Notes under the pieces: generated by a model
The model's database searches: none
What the model saw: only the letters and a program-made list of their open reading frames with translations
What the model was told of the DNA's origin: nothing
Virus record (IMG/VR): IMGVR_UViG_3300030390_001591
Span: 1 to 53,433 of that record
Reading direction: 5' to 3' (one strand)
DNA: 53,433 nt
DNA from: a virus
Lineage: Duplodnaviria > Caudoviricetes
Part shown: piece by piece, positions 49,244-53,433 of the stretch
Numbering within the stretch: the first letter of the stretch is position 1
Layout of the letters: every line of letters starts with the position of its first letter
Position numbers and translations under genes: made by a program

Positions 49244-50625
49244 TGAATACAAATATAGAACAAGTTGTTCTTAAAAATATTCTAACTAATGAGAAATATA
49301 TGAGAAAGGTTTTGCCTTTTATTAAGGCAGAATACTTTGAAGGTATCTATAAAGAACTCTTCAAACAATCTGGTAAATTTGTTGCCAAATATAATAAACT
49401 ACCGTCAGCAGAATCATTTAAAATCGAGATTGATTCTGCTGATAAGTTTAGTGACGATCAGTACCGGCAAGCGGTAGAAATCATTCCTGAGCTATTCACA
49501 AAAGAAACAAGTGATGAACAATGGTTACTTGATGCTACTGAAAAGTGGTGTCAAGACCGAGCATTGTTTAATGCTGTTATGGAGTCAATTAGTATTATTG
49601 ATGGCAAGCATCCAGATCTATCTAAAAATGCTTTGCCTGATATTCTAACTAAAGCTCTTGGTGTTTCATTCGATACGAATGTCGGCCATGATTATCTTGA
49701 AGCATTTCAAGAACGTTATGATTTTTATCATCGTGATGAAGAACGAATTCCTTTCGATATTCAATTGCTTAATGATATTACGAAGGGTGGTTTACCACGT
49801 AAGACATTAAATATCATTCTAGCTGGTACCGGTGTCGGTAAGTCATTAGCAATGTGTCACTTCGCAGCAGCTAATCTGACTGACGGTAAGAATGTCTTAT
49901 ACATAACAGCTGAGATGGCAGAAGAGCGTATTGCTGAACGTATTGATGCAAATCTTCTTAATATTCAGATTGATCAGTTGACCGATTTAAGCCAATCTAT
50001 GTTTGCTGAGAAAGTCCATAATCTTTCAAAGAAAACTAATGGCAAACTAATCGTAAAAGAATATCCAACTGGTTCTGCTAATGTTGGTCATATGAGAGCG
50101 TTATTAAGTGAGCTAAAACTTAAAAAGTCATTTATGCCAGATATTATCTATATTGATTATTTAAATATCTGTGCTTCTTCTAGAATGAAAGGTATGGGAG
50201 GTGCTATTAATTCATATAATTATATTAAAGCAATTGCGGAAGAGTTTCGTGGATTGGCAGTTGAATTCGACGTCCCGATCGTATCTGCAACGCAAACGAC
50301 GCGTAGTGGTTATGGTAACTCGGATGTTGGGCTTGAAGATACGTCTGAGTCTTTTGGATTACCCGCTACGGCAGATTTAATGATTGCTCTTATTGCAACT
50401 GAAGAACTTGAACAGATGGGTCAAATCGCAGTTAAACAATTAAAGAATAGATACAATGATCCGACGTTCCATAAAAGATTTGTCATTGGTGTTAATAGAG
50501 CTAAAATGAGATTATTTGATGCTGATGAAAGTTCTCAAACATTAATGAATGATACTCCGGTATTTGATAATTCAGCTATTGGCGAAAGAATTGTTAATAG
50601 CAGTTTTGAAGGATTTAAATTATGA
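49243..50625 (+). CDS. gp41: Replicative helicase gp41
   Basis: AGTGVGKS, IVKEYPTG, IDYLNIC, SATQTTR, SESFGLPATAD, LKNRY. Confidence 0.97.
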   Translation: MNTNIEQVVLKNILTNEKYMRKVLPFIKAEYFEGIYKELFKQSGKFVAKYNKLPSAESFKIEIDSADKFSDDQYRQAVEIIPELFTKETSDEQWLLDATEKWCQDRALFNAVMESISIIDGKHPDLSKNALPDILTKALGVSFDTNVGHDYLEAFQERYDFYHRDEERIPFDIQLLNDITKGGLPRKTLNIILAGTGVGKSLAMCHFAAANLTDGKNVLYITAEMAEERIAERIDANLLNIQIDQLTDLSQSMFAEKVHNLSKKTNGKLIVKEYPTGSANVGHMRALLSELKLKKSFMPDIIYIDYLNICASSRMKGMGGAINSYNYIKAIAEEFRGLAVEFDVPIVSATQTTRSGYGNSDVGLEDTSESFGLPATADLMIALIATEELEQMGQIAVKQLKNRYNDPTFHKRFVIGVNRAKMRLFDADESSQTLMNDTPVFDNSAIGERIVNSSFEGFKL

Positions 50626-50879
50626 AACAAACCGAAGCCGAGTGTCTTGTTGTAGCAAGTGAAGAATGTGCTGAACTAACAAAAGAATGTATGAAAATTT
50701 TACGGTTTGGTATGAGTAATAAGCACAAAGAAAATCTTATAAGCGAAATGGGTGATGTTCAATGTATGTTAGATTTACTAGGCGATCATCTTAATATTTC
50801 TGGTGATGATGTCTTTAAGGCATCCCTCGCTAAAAGAGAAAAACTAAAAAAATATAGCAACTTAATTGGAGATAAATAA
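50622..50879 (+). CDS. MazG-like pyrophosphatase
   Basis: EECAEL...K..RFG...EMGDV. Confidence 0.75.
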   Translation: MKQTEAECLVVASEECAELTKECMKILRFGMSNKHKENLISEMGDVQCMLDLLGDHLNISGDDVFKASLAKREKLKKYSNLIGDK

Positions 50880-51136
50880 TGGGTAAAGAAACATCACAGG
50901 GTATTCATACCGGAACATCTAAATCAATTCGTAAAGCTATGCGCCGAGATTATATTGCTTCAGGTGATAGGTTTATGAATCAAATGAGAGCTTTAGGCAA
51001 AGGCAAAGATGTGGTATTTACGATTGAAAATCCGAATAAAGCAGAAACTAATAAGCGGTTTATTAAGCATCGAATTTCAGGTAAAAACTATTTGAATTCG
51101 CGCAAAGGAACTTTTACAATGAAAGAAGTGCAGTAA
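50879..51136 (+). CDS. Basic hypothetical protein
   Basis: TAATG coupling; GK.V..TIENPNK.ETNKRFI. Confidence 0.7.
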   Translation: MGKETSQGIHTGTSKSIRKAMRRDYIASGDRFMNQMRALGKGKDVVFTIENPNKAETNKRFIKHRISGKNYLNSRKGTFTMKEVQ

Positions 51137-51140
51137 AGCA

Positions 51141-51266
51141 ATGGAAACGGTATTAGCATTTTTTATAGCTGGATTTTTCACTGGCCTAGGATTGTATTCT
51201 GCTGAAAAAGTTGGCGGTAAAATTGATACGCACTATGAACAAAAGGATGAACAAAATGAAAATTGA
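51141..51266 (+). CDS. 41-aa single-TM protein
   Basis: Not in ORF track; METVLAFFIAGFFTGLGLYSAEK...; fills the gap between neighbours. Confidence 0.5.
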   Translation: METVLAFFIAGFFTGLGLYSAEKVGGKIDTHYEQKDEQNEN

Positions 51267-51453
51267 AGTTAACGATGATGCAGTATACGAATTAGTACAT
51301 CAGGTTCTTATGCAAATGGAAGAAGATATGCCTCAAAGTAAAAAACTAACAAAAGCTATCAAACGAATTAATCATAATATTATGATCCCAACAGATTGGG
51401 AAGAAATGTATGACCAAGATTTTGTTGAATATGATACTGGAGAATATAAGTAA
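51256..51453 (+). CDS. Hypothetical protein
   Basis: In-frame ATG at 51256 after AAGGA. Confidence 0.65.
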   Translation: MKIEVNDDAVYELVHQVLMQMEEDMPQSKKLTKAIKRINHNIMIPTDWEEMYDQDFVEYDTGEYK

Positions 51454-52118
51454 TGAAGGCTAAATTGATAGGATATACCCAAGTTCATGATATGCCAGAA
51501 ATTGGTGATGTTCAAGACCTTATTGCCTTTTGTGCAAGAGTATCAAATCCTACAAACCAGATTAATAGTGCGACCAGTGAAAAGCTTATTAAATATCTAA
51601 TTAAGCATAAACATTGGTCGCCACTTGAAATGGCGTCAGCTACTATGGAAATCGAAACAACTCGTGATATTGCTCGCCAATTATTACGTCACCGTTCATT
51701 CTCATTCCAAGAATTCAGTCAACGATATGCTAATCCAAATGATATGGACGAAACTTTTGTATTGTCTGAAGCTCGTCTTCAGGATACTAAAAATCGTCAA
51801 AATAGTATTGAAACTGAAGATGATAGCCTGCAAAATGAATGGTGGAATAAGCAAATGGCCGTCATAGAAACATCTAAGATGGCTTATGATTGGGCAATCG
51901 ATAATGGCATTGCAAAAGAACAGGCTCGTAAAGTTTTGCCTGAAGGTTTGACTTTATCTCGCTTGTACGCTAACGGAACTCTTAGATCATGGATTCATTA
52001 TATTGAATTGAGAAGTGATAATGGTACTCAAAAAGAGCATATGGAACTTGCTCGAGAGTGTGGTAAAGCTATTAGTAAAATCTTTCCTCTCGCAGAGGAT
52101 CTAATTCAGGGAGAATAA
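51453..52118 (+). CDS. thyX: Flavin-dependent thymidylate synthase ThyX
   Basis: ARVS, HWSPLE, RHRSFSFQEFSQRY, EQARKVLP, TQKEH. Confidence 0.96.
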   Translation: MKAKLIGYTQVHDMPEIGDVQDLIAFCARVSNPTNQINSATSEKLIKYLIKHKHWSPLEMASATMEIETTRDIARQLLRHRSFSFQEFSQRYANPNDMDETFVLSEARLQDTKNRQNSIETEDDSLQNEWWNKQMAVIETSKMAYDWAIDNGIAKEQARKVLPEGLTLSRLYANGTLRSWIHYIELRSDNGTQKEHMELARECGKAISKIFPLAEDLIQGE

Positions 52119-52120
52119 AA

Positions 52121-52372
52121 ATGGGTAAAAAACTTTCGACTTATTATTCTGATAATGGAAATGACTATTGCGAAATACATTTTAGCTATAAAGAAGAACA
52201 TGCCTACATTAAATATTTTACAGATAATGGAATTAAATATTTTGAAGAAAGTTTTCCAAATAATTCTCTTCGCTACGTAGAAGATGCTGCAGAAAATTGG
52301 GCCCTTGGACATAAAGATATATCTGGAATACCTAATCAACAGTACACCCTTAAATTTAAAGAGGTATCCTAA
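52121..52372 (+). CDS. Hypothetical protein
   Basis: GGAGA RBS; YVEDAAENW motif. Confidence 0.7.
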   Translation: MGKKLSTYYSDNGNDYCEIHFSYKEEHAYIKYFTDNGIKYFEESFPNNSLRYVEDAAENWALGHKDISGIPNQQYTLKFKEVS

Positions 52373-52572
52373 TGGGATTAGAATCATATTATGACGAATT
52401 ACATATGAAAAATTCTGAAAATGTTCGAATACAAATGTTGCAAGAAGAAATTTACTACTATGAATCCCTTCTTGAACCACACGATTGCGGACATATTCAT
52501 ACTACTATTAGTTTTCTAAAACAGAGGATTGAAAATCTTAATGGTAAAAAAGAATGGCCTTTTGTAAAATAA
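52372..52572 (+). CDS. Hypothetical protein
   Basis: TAATG coupling, GAGG RBS; PHDCGHIHT. Confidence 0.65.
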   Translation: MGLESYYDELHMKNSENVRIQMLQEEIYYYESLLEPHDCGHIHTTISFLKQRIENLNGKKEWPFVK

Positions 52573-52575
52573 AGG

Positions 52576-52604
52576 TTTACATTTTAAATAAAGTGTAATA
52601 TAAT
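52576..52604 (+). promoter_or_regulatory. Early/middle promoter
   Basis: (G)TTTACA-17bp-TATAAT. Confidence 0.8.
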
Positions 52605-52633
52605 ACGTATATAACAATAAATCAGGAAACTAA

Positions 52634-53242
52634 ATGAAACTTAAACATATAGCAATAATGTTAGGCAACGCCGCCGTTTGTGGTCTTGTCGGTTATGCTG
52701 CTTATGAAGGTACAAAAGTAGCTACTGAAAAAAAAGAGGAAGTGCAATTACTTGCAGAAGAAATGGCTAGCGAATTAGCAATTGAGCAGGAAGCTATTCG
52801 AACAGCACAAGCAGAAGAAGTTAAGCAGATACAATGCTTAGCTACAAACATATATTATGAAACCATGGCGTCGTCTTTAATAGATGCCATGGCTGTTACC
52901 GATGTTGTATTAAATAGAGTTAAACATGAAAAATACCCTGGCACTCCGTGTGAAGTAGTACATCAATCGTATTTAAATGATAAGGGTGAACCACTATTAA
53001 ATAAATGTCAATTTAGTTGGTATTGTGATGGTAAGGCTGATGAGCCACAAAATGCTGAAGCATGGGAACGTTCAGTAAGTCATGCTGTTACAATGTTCAC
53101 TACTAGTAAATGGCGTGGAATAACTGAAGGTTCTACTCATTATCATGCAACATATGTAAGTCCTAGCTGGGCAAAATCTTTTACTAAGATAGCTCATATG
53201 GGAGCTCATATTTTTTATAGAATGGAAGATGGACAATCATGA
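52634..53242 (+). CDS. SleB-like cell wall hydrolase (Hydrolase_2) with N-terminal hydrophobic segment
   Basis: CLATNIYYE, VVLNRV, CQFSWYCDG, HYHATYVSPSW, HIFY. Confidence 0.92.
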   Translation: MKLKHIAIMLGNAAVCGLVGYAAYEGTKVATEKKEEVQLLAEEMASELAIEQEAIRTAQAEEVKQIQCLATNIYYETMASSLIDAMAVTDVVLNRVKHEKYPGTPCEVVHQSYLNDKGEPLLNKCQFSWYCDGKADEPQNAEAWERSVSHAVTMFTTSKWRGITEGSTHYHATYVSPSWAKSFTKIAHMGAHIFYRMEDGQS

Positions 53243-53412
53243 GTGAAGAACATCAATATTGTACTACAAAGGGTTTAGGATGGGCATTTCTTGTACTTGT
53301 CTTTATGATATTAGGATTACCTGTCATTATGCTAATGCTAACAGTAGGTCTTGAAGATTATGGTATGTATTGTAACATGAATTTACTGCCTTGCTTTGGA
53401 TTAAGCGAATGA
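53239..53412 (+). CDS. 57-aa membrane protein
   Basis: Not in ORF track; ATGA-coupled; MSEEHQYCTTKGLGWAFLVLVFMILGLPVIMLML... Confidence 0.6.
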   Translation: MSEEHQYCTTKGLGWAFLVLVFMILGLPVIMLMLTVGLEDYGMYCNMNLLPCFGLSE

Positions 53413-53433
53413 TACTATGAAAACTGAAATGAT

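Noticed and set aside
12351-50625. Introns, inteins or homing endonucleases in gp17, gp20, gp23, gp43, gp41, uvsX
   Set aside because: All are continuous and of ordinary length, with no splice or endonuclease motifs seen
2276-52480. Minus-strand and nested ORFs in the track
   Set aside because: They lie opposite or inside well-supported + strand genes and show no recognisable motifs
1-53433. tRNA, rRNA, CRISPR array, integrase or transposase
   Set aside because: None recognised; intergenic gaps are short and mostly explained by promoters and terminators (not confirmed by software)

Overview
This window is the core of an AT-rich, T4-like (large myovirus) phage genome, with essentially all real genes on the + strand. 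Gene order: three large virion appendage or fibre-like proteins; the neck, tail and head block (gp13-gp23); a small early-gene insertion; gp3, uvsY, uvsW, gp55, gp47/46, gp45/44/62 and regA; a host-like stress/redox module (Hsp20 behind a ROSE-like RNA thermometer, DUF1127, pseudoazurin); DNA polymerase gp43; a shortened PEP carboxykinase and a PMM-like HAD enzyme; an ~8.5 kb nucleotide/DNA-modification cluster; then uvsX, gp41, thyX and a SleB-type hydrolase. The host-like genes point to a marine alphaproteobacterial host, probably Rhodobacteraceae (inference). The strongest candidate for a new system is the modification cluster. It pairs a T4 gp42-like dCMP hydroxymethylase with a 5-hmdU-DNA-kinase-like protein, a PLP enzyme, an SGNH-like protein and nucleotide-activation enzymes, while ThyX supplies normal dTMP. 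No glucosyltransferase is visible in the window. This suggests a non-glucosyl cytosine hypermodification. All family assignments come from recognising motifs by eye; no database searches were run.
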